Translations under genes and position numbers: made by a program
Shown here: piece after piece, positions 1 to 8,586 of the stretch
Layout of the letters: each line of letters begins with the position of its first letter
How positions within the stretch are numbered: the first letter of the stretch is position 1
From: Acidobacteriota bacterium
GTDB lineage: Bacteria; Acidobacteriota; Vicinamibacteria; Vicinamibacterales; JAKQTR01
Reading direction: 5' to 3'
NCBI GenBank assembly: GCA_026393735.1
Contig: JAPKZP010000326.1
Span: 1-29,045 of the forward strand
Length of the DNA: 29,045 nt
The notes under the pieces: generated by a model
What the model saw: only the letters and a program-made list of their open reading frames with translations
Databases searched by the model: none
Told to the model about the DNA's origin: nothing

Positions 1-2
1 CG

Positions 3-965
3 GGCGACGATGCGCTGTCCGGTGGCGTGACCGTGTCGTGCCTCCCGGGGTCCGGATCGACGTTCGGGCTGGGCTCCACGGTGGTGTCCTGCGTGGCGAC
101 GGACGGTGCGGGCAACACGGCAACGGGCACGTTCACGGTGACGGTCCGCGACACGACCGCGCCGGTTGTGACCGTGCCGGCGGCTATCACGGTCGAGGCG
201 GCGGGCCCGACGGGCGCGCCGGCAACCTTCTCGGCCTCAGCTCTCGACGCGGTCGCCGGGAGCCTCGTGCCGGTCTGCACGCCGGCATCGGGCAGCATCT
301 TCCCGCTCGGCGCGTCCTCCGTTACCTGCGCGGCGGCGGACAGCGCCGGCAACACGGGCACGGCGTCGTTCGTCGTGACGGTCCGCGACACGACTCCGCC
401 GGTGTTGGCGCTTCCCGCCCCATTGACGGTTGCGGCCTCGTCGGCGTCTGGCGCCGTGGTTTCGTTCACGGCGTCGGCGACTGACCTGGTCGGCGGGGCG
501 GTGACACCGGTCTGCACGCCCTCGTCTGGTGCGACGTTTGCGATTGGAACTACCCCTGTCACCTGCACGGCCACCGACTGGGCCGGCAACCGGGTGAGCG
601 GTTCCTTCACCGTCACGGTGCAACTGCAGTACGGGTTCCTGAACGTCAAGAACCTGCCGCCGCCGTCCGGAACCGCCGCCAAACTCGGCAGTTCCCTCCC
701 GCTCTCCTGGCGATGGACACTTGGCGGAACGGCCGTGAACTCGGCTGATGCGCTCCCGTTGATCACCATCACGGGCCCTTCCGGCGCCACAACGACGTTT
801 ACGCCGGAGAGCCCTGGAAGCAGCTCGTTCCAGTACTCCAGTTCCACCTTCACCTGGCAGTTCAACTGGCAGACGAAGGGACTCGCGGCCGGCTACTACG
901 CCGTGACGGTGACGAGCCGCAAGACAGGCCAGGCCTACAGCGGCGGCCAGATTCAGCTGAAGTAG
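3..965 (+). CDS. HYR-repeat surface/secreted protein with C-terminal PxKF-like domain (5'-partial)
   Basis: The frame is open from position 3 (GDDALSGGVTVSC...). It has repeats with an exact 237-bp/79-aa period (147-383, 384-620, plus a partial upstream copy) of HYR type: DTTxPV...TF..A.D...G...V.C.P.SG..F.LG...V.C.A.D.AGN....F.VTV. The C-terminal domain YGFLNVKNLPP..K.GSSLPLSW...FQY...TWQFNWQT resembles PxKF domains. Confidence 0.8.
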   Translation, partial: GDDALSGGVTVSCLPGSGSTFGLGSTVVSCVATDGAGNTATGTFTVTVRDTTAPVVTVPAAITVEAAGPTGAPATFSASALDAVAGSLVPVCTPASGSIFPLGASSVTCAAADSAGNTGTASFVVTVRDTTPPVLALPAPLTVAASSASGAVVSFTASATDLVGGAVTPVCTPSSGATFAIGTTPVTCTATDWAGNRVSGSFTVTVQLQYGFLNVKNLPPPSGTAAKLGSSLPLSWRWTLGGTAVNSADALPLITITGPSGATTTFTPESPGSSSFQYSSSTFTWQFNWQTKGLAAGYYAVTVTSRKTGQAYSGGQIQLK

Positions 966-983
966 ACGATTGACCTCGTGACG

Positions 984-1019
984 GCCGGTCGCCGGGCTCC
1001 CTCCAGCCTGGCGGCCGGC
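984..1019. terminator. GC-rich hairpin between convergent genes, probable terminator
   Basis: GCCGGTCGCCGGGCT (984-998) pairs with AGCCTGGCGGCCGGC (1005-1019) with two G-U wobbles. There is no clear U tract. Confidence 0.5.
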
Positions 1020-1035
1020 GACGCCGCCCGGTCGC

Positions 1036-1992
1036 TCAGCGCATCGGGTCGGCGTCGAGCGTGCCGAGGCGCCACGCCAGCCATGCGTGCGCCCGAGGCG
1101 CGATGGCCAGGCAGACGCCCGCCAGGATGGCCCCGGCCAGCACGTCCACGACATAGTGGTACCGCAGGTAGACCGTCGCCACGATCAGCAGTGCGCCAAT
1201 AATCGTTATTGGCCATCGGACGCGAAGACGGTACCGCCAGCTCCAGGCGATGGCCACGAGCGTCATCATCGTGTGACCGCTCGGAAACGCATCGCGGGCG
1301 GCGAACTCGATCGCGATGGTGTCCGGCACCCCGGTCGGAACCCCTGCCCCGCCGTCGATGATCGACCGCAACCATGGCGTGAGCCAGATCCCCGGCAACT
1401 CGCGCGCGATCGCCGCAGAGTCGGTGAGCGTGAACCGTGGTCCGATTGCCGGCATGCTCAGGTAACCGACGTACAGCAGGTAGAAGCCAAAGCCACACAC
1501 GAACGCCCACTGGCGAAAGCGCGCCTCCCGTCCCGACGCGTACAGCTCGGCGGCGACAGCAAGGAAGAACACGTAGAAACACGCGTACGCGACCTGCAGC
1601 ACCTCCGTCACTGCCGGGGACGCAATGGGCTGCAGCCAGATCGTGGGGTCCATTCCGAACAGCCGGCGATCGGCAGCCATCAGCCACCCGTCCCAGAGCC
1701 TGTCGCCGTGGCTGAGCCGCGTGACGACCAGCACGCTCCGGTACACCGGGTAGACGACGAGCGCGAGCGACCAGTCGTGGACGACGCGGATGACGGCAAG
1801 GTCGAGGTACGTCCGTACCCACGCCAGGAGCGGCACGCCGCAGACGATGGCCGCGCACACCAGCGACACCGGAAGCGCTTCAGGAGGCCCGGCAGCCAGC
1901 ACCCCGGCGCTCGCGCCCGCGACGGTGGCGACGACCATCGTCAGGACGTCAACCGCGCAGAGGCGCCGCGCGATCCCCCAGGCAGCCATCAT
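1036..1992 (-). CDS. PAP2-superfamily integral membrane phosphotransferase/phosphatase, Aur1/IPC-synthase-like (PAP2_3)
   Basis: Multiple hydrophobic segments. Motifs YLSMPAIGPRF, DAFPSGH and ATVYLRYHYVVD match the PAP2_3/Aur1 catalytic His/His-Asp arrangement. Confidence 0.85.
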   Translation of the reverse strand: MMAAWGIARRLCAVDVLTMVVATVAGASAGVLAAGPPEALPVSLVCAAIVCGVPLLAWVRTYLDLAVIRVVHDWSLALVVYPVYRSVLVVTRLSHGDRLWDGWLMAADRRLFGMDPTIWLQPIASPAVTEVLQVAYACFYVFFLAVAAELYASGREARFRQWAFVCGFGFYLLYVGYLSMPAIGPRFTLTDSAAIARELPGIWLTPWLRSIIDGGAGVPTGVPDTIAIEFAARDAFPSGHTMMTLVAIAWSWRYRLRVRWPITIIGALLIVATVYLRYHYVVDVLAGAILAGVCLAIAPRAHAWLAWRLGTLDADPMR

Positions 1993-1995
1993 CCG

Positions 1996-3120
1996 TCACA
2001 GGGCCTTGCGGAAGCACCGGCGACGCCGGTGCTGGCGCGGGTGAAAGGGCGGCCACATCGCCAGGACCTTCTCGTTTGTCTCGAGCATCGGTCCGGTCTC
2101 TGCATGTCTGATGCCGTGCGCCAGGCACGGCTTCCAGAATCCGTTCATGATGACCGCGGGAATGCCCTTGTTCTGCAGATCTGCCCGTACGGCAATCAGC
2201 AGCAGATCGAGCCGATCCGCAGCGTTCATGGCACGCAGGATGTGGATGAACCCGAACGGGAACAGGCGCCCCCGACATTTCTGCAGCGCTCTCGACAAGG
2301 ATGGCATCGCGATGCCGAACGCGGCCACGCGGCCCTCGCGATCGAGGATGATCTTGACGAATTCGTGGTTGATGAACCCGAAGAACGACTTCGTGTACGC
2401 CTGCACCTGGCGATCCGTGAGCAGCACCACGCTGTAGAGGTCCTTGTAGGCCGCATTGACCAGCGCGAAGACGCCCGACACGTGCGGCAGCAGGTCGCGC
2501 CGGTGACGAGTTTCGAGCAGCCGCAGCTTCGACCGCTCGAGGACCACGCGGGCGAGGCGATCGACGTTGTCGGGCATCGCCGCCGGCACGGGCACCTCGA
2601 ACTCGATCCAGTCGACGTCCTTCTCGTAGCCGAGACGCTCGAGCCGGGCCGGGTAGTACGGAAAGTTGTAGTTCGTGATCAGCATGTCGAGTTCATCGAA
2701 CCCCTCGACGAGCATGCCCTCGCGATCCAGGTCGCAGAATCCCAGCGGCCCGTGGATCTCCGTGAGGCCGCGCGACCGGCCCCAGTCCTCGACCGCCCCG
2801 AGGAGCGCGCCCGCCACCTCGGCGTCGTCGACGAAGTCGATCCACCCGAAGCGCACCCGGGACCGCTGCCACGTCTCGATGTACCGCTGGCTGATGATGC
2901 CCGCGATGCGGCCGGCCGGCTGCCCGTCCCTGTATGCCATCCAGTACCGCGCCTCGCAGTACTCGAACGCCGGGTTCCGGTCGCGGCGAAGCGTGCTCAG
3001 TTCCTCGCCGACCAGCTTCGGGACATAGTGCGGGTGATTCCGGTAGAGCACGTCCGGAAACGCCACGAACCGCTTCAGATCGGCGTCCGATCGGACTTCG
3101 CGAATCTCAATCATCGCCAC
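1996..3120 (-). CDS. GNAT-fold YghO-family protein, similar to bacterial ceramide synthase (bCerS)
   Basis: Motifs NPAFEYCEARYWMAY, GRIAGII, RFGWIDFVDD, IHGPLGFCDLDREGMLVEGFD, YNFPYYP, LDLLLIAV..DLQNKG and ETGPMLETN..V are recalled from the YghO/Bacteroides-type family. GGAGGA-like RBS at 3131-3136. The stop is 3 nt before the PAP2 start. Confidence 0.75.
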   Translation of the reverse strand: MAMIEIREVRSDADLKRFVAFPDVLYRNHPHYVPKLVGEELSTLRRDRNPAFEYCEARYWMAYRDGQPAGRIAGIISQRYIETWQRSRVRFGWIDFVDDAEVAGALLGAVEDWGRSRGLTEIHGPLGFCDLDREGMLVEGFDELDMLITNYNFPYYPARLERLGYEKDVDWIEFEVPVPAAMPDNVDRLARVVLERSKLRLLETRHRRDLLPHVSGVFALVNAAYKDLYSVVLLTDRQVQAYTKSFFGFINHEFVKIILDREGRVAAFGIAMPSLSRALQKCRGRLFPFGFIHILRAMNAADRLDLLLIAVRADLQNKGIPAVIMNGFWKPCLAHGIRHAETGPMLETNEKVLAMWPPFHPRQHRRRRCFRKAL

Positions 3121-3160
3121 GTCGCACCCATCCTCCCGGGACGCCCGCCTGACGCATGCC

Positions 3161-4234
3161 CTACCGCTCCGACGCGCGCAGCAGTTCGGCGAGGTATGGC
3201 TTCCAGAGCGGCGCGACGGTATGGCTGCCGTGGCCGCGGGTCTCGCCGCTCAGCGGAATGACGACGGCGCGGCCCTTCGGCACGCGCGTGATCTCACGCT
3301 CCAGGATGCCCAGCTCCGGCGGGTTCACCAGGTCGTCCGCGGAATTCACCGCGACGAGCGGCGCGCGGATGGTCTCGCGCGCCGGCTCGGGATCGTAGTC
3401 CCACGACGCCTCGAGCGCGTACAGCACGTCGTTGGCGTCGGCCGTCCTGACGTAGGTGCTCACGTAGTTGTCGAACCAGGTGTCGGCCGCGGCGAGTGTC
3501 GGCGACTCCTGCTGGCGCAGGACCGGATTGCTGCTGACCAGGGCCAGCACGCCGGCGGCCAGCCGCAAACCGCCCGGCTGCGTGGCGTAGTTGCCGCCCT
3601 GCCAGGCCGGATCCGTGCGAATCGCATCGATCGCAATGCGGCGCCACATCCGGTTGCGTCCAGAGATCTGGGCCGGTACGCTCGCCAGCGGCATCAGTGC
3701 GCCCACGTAGTCCGGATACATCTCGCCCCACAGCCACGCGTGCATCCCGCCCATCGACGTCCCGATCACGAGGCGCAGGTGGTTCACACCGAGCCCTTCG
3801 GTCAGCAGCCGGTACTGCGCCGTGACCATGTCGCGGTACCCATAGTGCGGGAACGTCGCGCGCAGGCCGTCGCTGGGTTTGCTCGACTGGCCGTGGCCGA
3901 TGTTGTCCACCAGCACGATGAAGTACTTCGTCGCGTCGAGCAGTTGGCCGGCACCGAACAGCTCGCCTGCGAAATCCGGGCGCAGGAACTGTGCGCTCGA
4001 CCCCGTCGTGCCGTGGAGCACGAGCACGGCGTTGCGGACGGTCCCCGATGCGTCTTTCCGCGGCTGGCCCAGGGTGCGGTAGTGCATCTTCAACCCGGGC
4101 AGCGCCCCGCCCCTGCTGAAGGCGAAGTCCTTCACGACGTAATCGCCCTGGACCGGCGAGGGATATTCCGCAGCGGTCGCGGGCGCGACGACGAGGCACG
4201 CGAGAAGAACGGTCAACCAGGTGGCTGTGCGCAC
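3161..4234 (-). CDS. Secreted alpha/beta hydrolase, homoserine O-acetyltransferase (MetX)-like fold
   Basis: Signal peptide MRTATWLTVLLACLVVAPATA, LHGTTG, nucleophile motif GTSMGG, catalytic-type Asp (ADDLVNP) and His (GHGSHT). Confidence 0.8.
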   Translation of the reverse strand: MRTATWLTVLLACLVVAPATAAEYPSPVQGDYVVKDFAFSRGGALPGLKMHYRTLGQPRKDASGTVRNAVLVLHGTTGSSAQFLRPDFAGELFGAGQLLDATKYFIVLVDNIGHGQSSKPSDGLRATFPHYGYRDMVTAQYRLLTEGLGVNHLRLVIGTSMGGMHAWLWGEMYPDYVGALMPLASVPAQISGRNRMWRRIAIDAIRTDPAWQGGNYATQPGGLRLAAGVLALVSSNPVLRQQESPTLAAADTWFDNYVSTYVRTADANDVLYALEASWDYDPEPARETIRAPLVAVNSADDLVNPPELGILEREITRVPKGRAVVIPLSGETRGHGSHTVAPLWKPYLAELLRASER

Positions 4235-4265
4235 GAGTCTCCCTCCGGCAGCGGACCACGCAATG

Positions 4266-5081
4266 TCAGTGAACGCCCAAGTATAGCGAGCGCGCGGTCA
4301 GTTCGCGATGGTCGAGGCCGGCGGCGTGGTCCAGGCGCGCGACCACGTCTGGCAAATCGGCGGGAACACGCCACAGGTCTTCACGCCCGCCCGCCGCCAC
4401 GAACGCGGTGCGCCAGCCGTCCCACCACGGCACGCTCGTCCTGGCAATCGGCTCGACGATGAGGACGCGCGCGCCGCGGGCGTGCGCGGCGACGAACTCG
4501 CGCAGCATGCGGTCGCGCGTCTCGTCCGGCAGCTCGTTGACGGTGAACGCGGCGACGATCGCCGAGGCGCGCGACGGCACGCGCACGCGCCCGACGTCCG
4601 CGCAGCGCACGTCGGCGTCGAGCCCGAGCGCCTTGCAGGTCCAGCGGGCCTCGTCGGCTGCCCACGGGTGCCGATCGAAGCCGGCGATGCGCGGGCGCGG
4701 CGTACACGCGAGCGCCCAGGCCGCACCGGCTACGCCGGTCCCGCACCCGAGATCGACGATGAGGCCCGGCGGGCCGGCGTCGGCACCGAGCGCGCCGACA
4801 ATCGACTGGACCATCAGGAAGTGAAGCGGCCCGTAGAAGAGGGCGAAGGCCGCTCGCTTGCCGGCGCCGTCCAGGGCCGCGCCGTGGCCCAGCCGGTCAC
4901 GCCGCTCGACATAGGCGGACGACAGCGCCCGCAGCGCCCGGGCGATCTCGACCGGTCGCAGGTCGGCGAGATGCCGCGCCTCGAGCGCCTCGATCCACCG
5001 GGCGACGACGGCGTCGTCACGCCCTGCGTCATTCGGATCCACCGCGTCAGTGTACCGCCTTTTCCGGACCGGCCGGCGCAT
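4266..5081 (-). CDS. Class I SAM-dependent methyltransferase (possibly Rsm22-like); start uncertain (ATG 5081 or GTG 5042)
   Basis: Motif I VDLGCGTG, acidic end of strand 2 (GFDRH), and AAFTVNEL and LIVEP motifs. Confidence 0.75.
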   Translation of the reverse strand: MRRPVRKRRYTDAVDPNDAGRDDAVVARWIEALEARHLADLRPVEIARALRALSSAYVERRDRLGHGAALDGAGKRAAFALFYGPLHFLMVQSIVGALGADAGPPGLIVDLGCGTGVAGAAWALACTPRPRIAGFDRHPWAADEARWTCKALGLDADVRCADVGRVRVPSRASAIVAAFTVNELPDETRDRMLREFVAAHARGARVLIVEPIARTSVPWWDGWRTAFVAAGGREDLWRVPADLPDVVARLDHAAGLDHRELTARSLYLGVH

Positions 5082-5094
5082 GCGAACCCGCGCC

Positions 5095-5132
5095 ACTATA
5101 AGTTCGACTGCTGCAGCCGCTCGCGGGATAAT
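5095..5132. promoter_or_regulatory. Candidate divergent sigma70 -10 elements
   Basis: TATAGT on the minus strand (5100-5095) faces the methyltransferase. GATAAT on the plus strand (5127-5132) lies about 7 nt before an in-frame GTG at 5140, a possible leaderless start. No clear -35 boxes. Confidence 0.3.
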
Positions 5133-5556
5133 GCACGACGTGGGCGTGCTTTCACCATCGCAGCGGACATTCATGCTCGCACTCGCATTGCGCCTCGTGC
5201 CGGCGGCGGCGGCGATGACGGCTGCCGATCACAGCGTGATGCTCCAGCTTATCGACGGCACGCTGGCCACCCGGCCGGCGGCGATGCGACGGCAGTTCTC
5301 GCTGTTCCTGCTGATCCTCCGCTGGGCACCCGCGCTTCGCTACGGCCGTCCGCTCGATCATCTGCCCCCATCCGCCCAGGACGCCGCGCTTCGCTGGTTT
5401 CAGCGCTGCGACGTGTTGCGCTTCCGCAGCGGGTTCTGGGGTGTGCGCACGCTGGTCATGCTCGGCTACTACGGACGGCCTGACCTCGGCCCGTCCATCG
5501 CGTATACGCCATCCACCAGCGGCAACGCGGTGCTCCATGCTCGAACGCGACGCTGA
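5131..5556 (+). CDS. Gluconate 2-dehydrogenase subunit 3-like small partner of GMC oxidoreductase (start ATG 5131 or GTG 5140)
   Basis: Small helical ORF with the typical ending GFWGVRTLVMLGYYG...IAY. It overlaps the GMC start by 20 bp. Confidence 0.7.
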   Translation: MHDVGVLSPSQRTFMLALALRLVPAAAAMTAADHSVMLQLIDGTLATRPAAMRRQFSLFLLILRWAPALRYGRPLDHLPPSAQDAALRWFQRCDVLRFRSGFWGVRTLVMLGYYGRPDLGPSIAYTPSTSGNAVLHARTRR

Positions 5557-7045
5557 CATCGTCATCATCGGGTCGGGCGCGGGCGGAGGCACCGTCGCGA
5601 AGGAACTGGCGCCGCTGTGCGCGGCCGGGGTGCGCCTCCTCGTGCTCGAAGCGGGCCCGAAGCTGAGAGACGACGAGTTCACCGGCCGCGAAGTCGAGAT
5701 GGCGAGCCGCCTTTACACGGAGGAGGGCGGCTTCCTGACCGCCGACCGTTCGATGACGCTCGCGTTCGGAAGAGCCTGCGGCGGTTCGACCGTGGTCTAC
5801 ACCGGGACGTCGCTGACCATCACCGAGCCGACGCTCAAACGATGGGGCCTCCCCGATCTCTCGCACAACGACGTGCTGAGGCGGTCGAAGAAGTACCTGG
5901 CCGAGAACAGCGTCCACCTCCTCGACGAGCGCGACATCAACGACAACAACCGCCTGTTCCGTGAAGGCTGCGAGCAATTGGGCTATCGCGTGGAGCAGTT
6001 CCCCTTGAACCTGAGGGGTTGCCAGGGCGCCGGGCTCTGCAACCTGGGCTGTCCGAACGCCGCCAAGATGGGCACCCATCGGGTGCAGTTGCCCGAGGCC
6101 GAGCGACAAGGCGTGGAGGTCGTCACCAACTGCCGGGTCGATCGCATCGAGGACCGCGCCGTCGTCGCGACCGTGACCGGCAGCGCCGTCGGCGAACCCT
6201 CGGCGTGGCCAGATGGCGAGTATCGGGTACGCGCCAAGGCGGTCGTCGTGGCGGGCGGCGCCATCGGATCGCCCGCGTTGCTGCTGCGATCCGGCTTCGG
6301 CAAGCGTCTGCCGGCCCTCGGCCGGTACTTCACCTGCCACCCGGCATTGATTCTGGTGGCGCAACACGACCAGCCGATCACGAACTACGCCGGCCACCCG
6401 AAGAGTTACTACTGTGACCACTTCGCGGAATCCGACGGGTTCCTGCTCGAAACCTGCATGTACTTCCCGTTCACGACCGCGAAGAGCCTGACGGGGTTCG
6501 GCGAGGAGCACAGCCGGATGATGGCGGCGATGGATCGGCTGCAGATGATCCTCGTGCTCGCGATCGATCCGCCCGAGGCGGACAACCGGGTGACCGTCGA
6601 TCGCCGCGGCCAGCCGGTGGTGCGGTACGCGTTCAGCGACCGCGTGCGACGTGCGTTTGTCATGGCCATGCGGGCGTCAGCGCGTGTCTTTTTCGCGGCG
6701 GGCGCTGCCCGCGTGCACGCCCCCGCCGCCTCGCAGTTCTTCATCGAGGCGTCGGACGCGCCCCGCATCGACGATCTCATCCCCCAGGGCGGCTTCCGGC
6801 TGGGCACCGTGACGATCTCGAGCGCGCACCCGATGGGCGGCTGCCGGATGGGCGCGGCGCGAGCGGACTCGGTGACCGACACCTGGGGACAGGTGCACGG
6901 GCAGCCGTGGCTCTTCGTCGCCGACGCCAGCCTGTTCCCGCGCTGCGCGGAAATCAATCCGTACGTGACCGTCATGGCCCTCGCCGACCGCGTCGCGGAG
7001 CGCGTGCGACGCGAGTGGCCGACGCTGCGAGCCCAGGCCCTATGA
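5537..7045 (+). CDS. GMC-family FAD oxidoreductase
   Basis: FAD motif IIGSGAGGG, GRACGGSTVVY, Cys motif CQGAGLCNLGC, AHPMGGCRMG and VADASLFP...NP..TVMALA. Confidence 0.92.
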   Translation: MLERDADIVIIGSGAGGGTVAKELAPLCAAGVRLLVLEAGPKLRDDEFTGREVEMASRLYTEEGGFLTADRSMTLAFGRACGGSTVVYTGTSLTITEPTLKRWGLPDLSHNDVLRRSKKYLAENSVHLLDERDINDNNRLFREGCEQLGYRVEQFPLNLRGCQGAGLCNLGCPNAAKMGTHRVQLPEAERQGVEVVTNCRVDRIEDRAVVATVTGSAVGEPSAWPDGEYRVRAKAVVVAGGAIGSPALLLRSGFGKRLPALGRYFTCHPALILVAQHDQPITNYAGHPKSYYCDHFAESDGFLLETCMYFPFTTAKSLTGFGEEHSRMMAAMDRLQMILVLAIDPPEADNRVTVDRRGQPVVRYAFSDRVRRAFVMAMRASARVFFAAGAARVHAPAASQFFIEASDAPRIDDLIPQGGFRLGTVTISSAHPMGGCRMGAARADSVTDTWGQVHGQPWLFVADASLFPRCAEINPYVTVMALADRVAERVRREWPTLRAQAL

Positions 7046-8586
7046 AGCTGCGCGGATCGGAACTGGTCGTGCGGGCGCTCGAGGATGCGGGCGCGCGCTT
7101 CGCGTTCGGCATCCCGGGCACGCACAATATCGAGCTGTACGACGCCCTCGATCGCTCCGAGGCAGTCACCGCGGTGCTCATCACCGACGAGCAGAGTGCC
7201 GGCTTCATGGCTGACGGCGTCTCCCGGTCATCGGCGTCCGTCGGGGTGGTCAACGTGGTGCCGGGCGCGGGCGTCACGCACTGCCTGTCCGGCGTGGCCG
7301 AGGCGCTGCTCGACGGCATTCCGCTCGTCGTCCTCGCGTGCGGTATCCGGAGCGACACGGGCCGCGCATACCAGTTGCACGACATCGACCAGGCGGCGCT
7401 GCTGAGGCCCGTGACAAAGGCCGTGCTGCGGCCCGCGACACCGGACGACATCTACGACACCGTGCGGCAGGCATTCGACCTCGCGGTCGCCGGCACGCCC
7501 GGGCCGGTGGCCGTCGAAATCCCCGCCGACTTCTACATGCTGACGCACGAGGTGGGCGTGCCCGCCAGGGCGCCGGCCGCGGAGGACAGCGCCGTTCCGG
7601 AGATCCCGCCGGCCGGCATCGAGCGCGCGGCGCGCCTGGTGAACGACGCCAGGCGGGTGTTGCTCTACGTCGGTCACGGCGCGCGTGGCGCGGGCTCGGC
7701 CCTGGTTGAACTGGCGGAACGGCTCGGCGCGCCCGTGGCGACCACCGTGCAGGGCAAGGGCGTGTTCCCCGAGCATCATCCGCTCTGGGTCTGGAACGGG
7801 ATGGGCGCGACGGTGCCGGGGCCCCTCCGGGACGTGCCCGGCGCGTGCGATGTGATGCTGGCGATCGGCGTGCGCTTCAGCGAGGTCGGCACGGGCAGCT
7901 ACGGCGTGACGCGTCCGCCCACCGTGATTCACGTCGACATCAACCCGGACGTGTTCAACCGAAACGTGCCCGCGACGCTGGCGATCGCCATGGACGCCGC
8001 CGCGTTCGTCAAGGCGATCCTCCCGCTGGTCGACGATCGCGGGCAGTGGGGCGAAGCGGCCGAGCAGATTGCCAACGGCCACCGGTTGGTGCGAAACGTG
8101 TGGCTGCGCGAACCGAGTGAGGCGCGCGTGACGCCTGCAGCGTTCTTCGCGACGCTCCAGCGACTGGCCCCAGACGCCATCTACACGACGGACAGCGGCA
8201 ACGGGACGTTTCTCGCGATGGAACACCTGCGCCTGGACGCGCCCGGGTGTTTCCTCGCGCCGGTGGACTTTTCGTGTATGGGCTATTCAGTGCCCGCCGC
8301 GATCGGTGCAAAGCTCGCGAACCCCGATCGAGACGTCATTGCGCTGGCGGGCGACGGTGCGTTTCTCATGACCGGGCTCGAACTGCTCACGGCGTCGTCC
8401 TGCGGCGCGGCGCCCGTCGTTTGCCTGCTGCGCGACGGAGAACTCGCGCAGATCGCGCAGTTCCAGCGCACGGCGATGGGGAACGCCGCCAACAGCGTGC
8501 TGCCGTCCTACGACGCGGAGAGTTTCGCCCGCACGGTCGGGGCGGGTTATGTGTCGTGCGCGCGCGATGCCAGCCTGGAGAGCGCG
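7042..8586 (+). CDS. Thiamine pyrophosphate-binding protein (acetolactate synthase-like), apparently 3'-truncated; ORF reads on to 8778
   Basis: ATGA overlap with the GMC stop. Motifs GIPGTHN, DEQSAGFMADG, DFSCMGYSVPAAIGAK and ThDP motif GDGAFLMTG...LRDG. After ...DASLESA the sequence is the antisense of the DUF5916 gene. Confidence 0.85.

Noticed and set aside
3161-4234. Calling this gene metX
   Set aside because: It has a signal peptide and no methionine-pathway context; only the fold is supported.
7042-8586. ThDP enzyme as IolD completing an inositol pathway with iolB
   Set aside because: The N-terminal motif is GIPGTHN (AHAS-like), not the IolD-type GIFGHGN, and a junction separates it from the iolB region.
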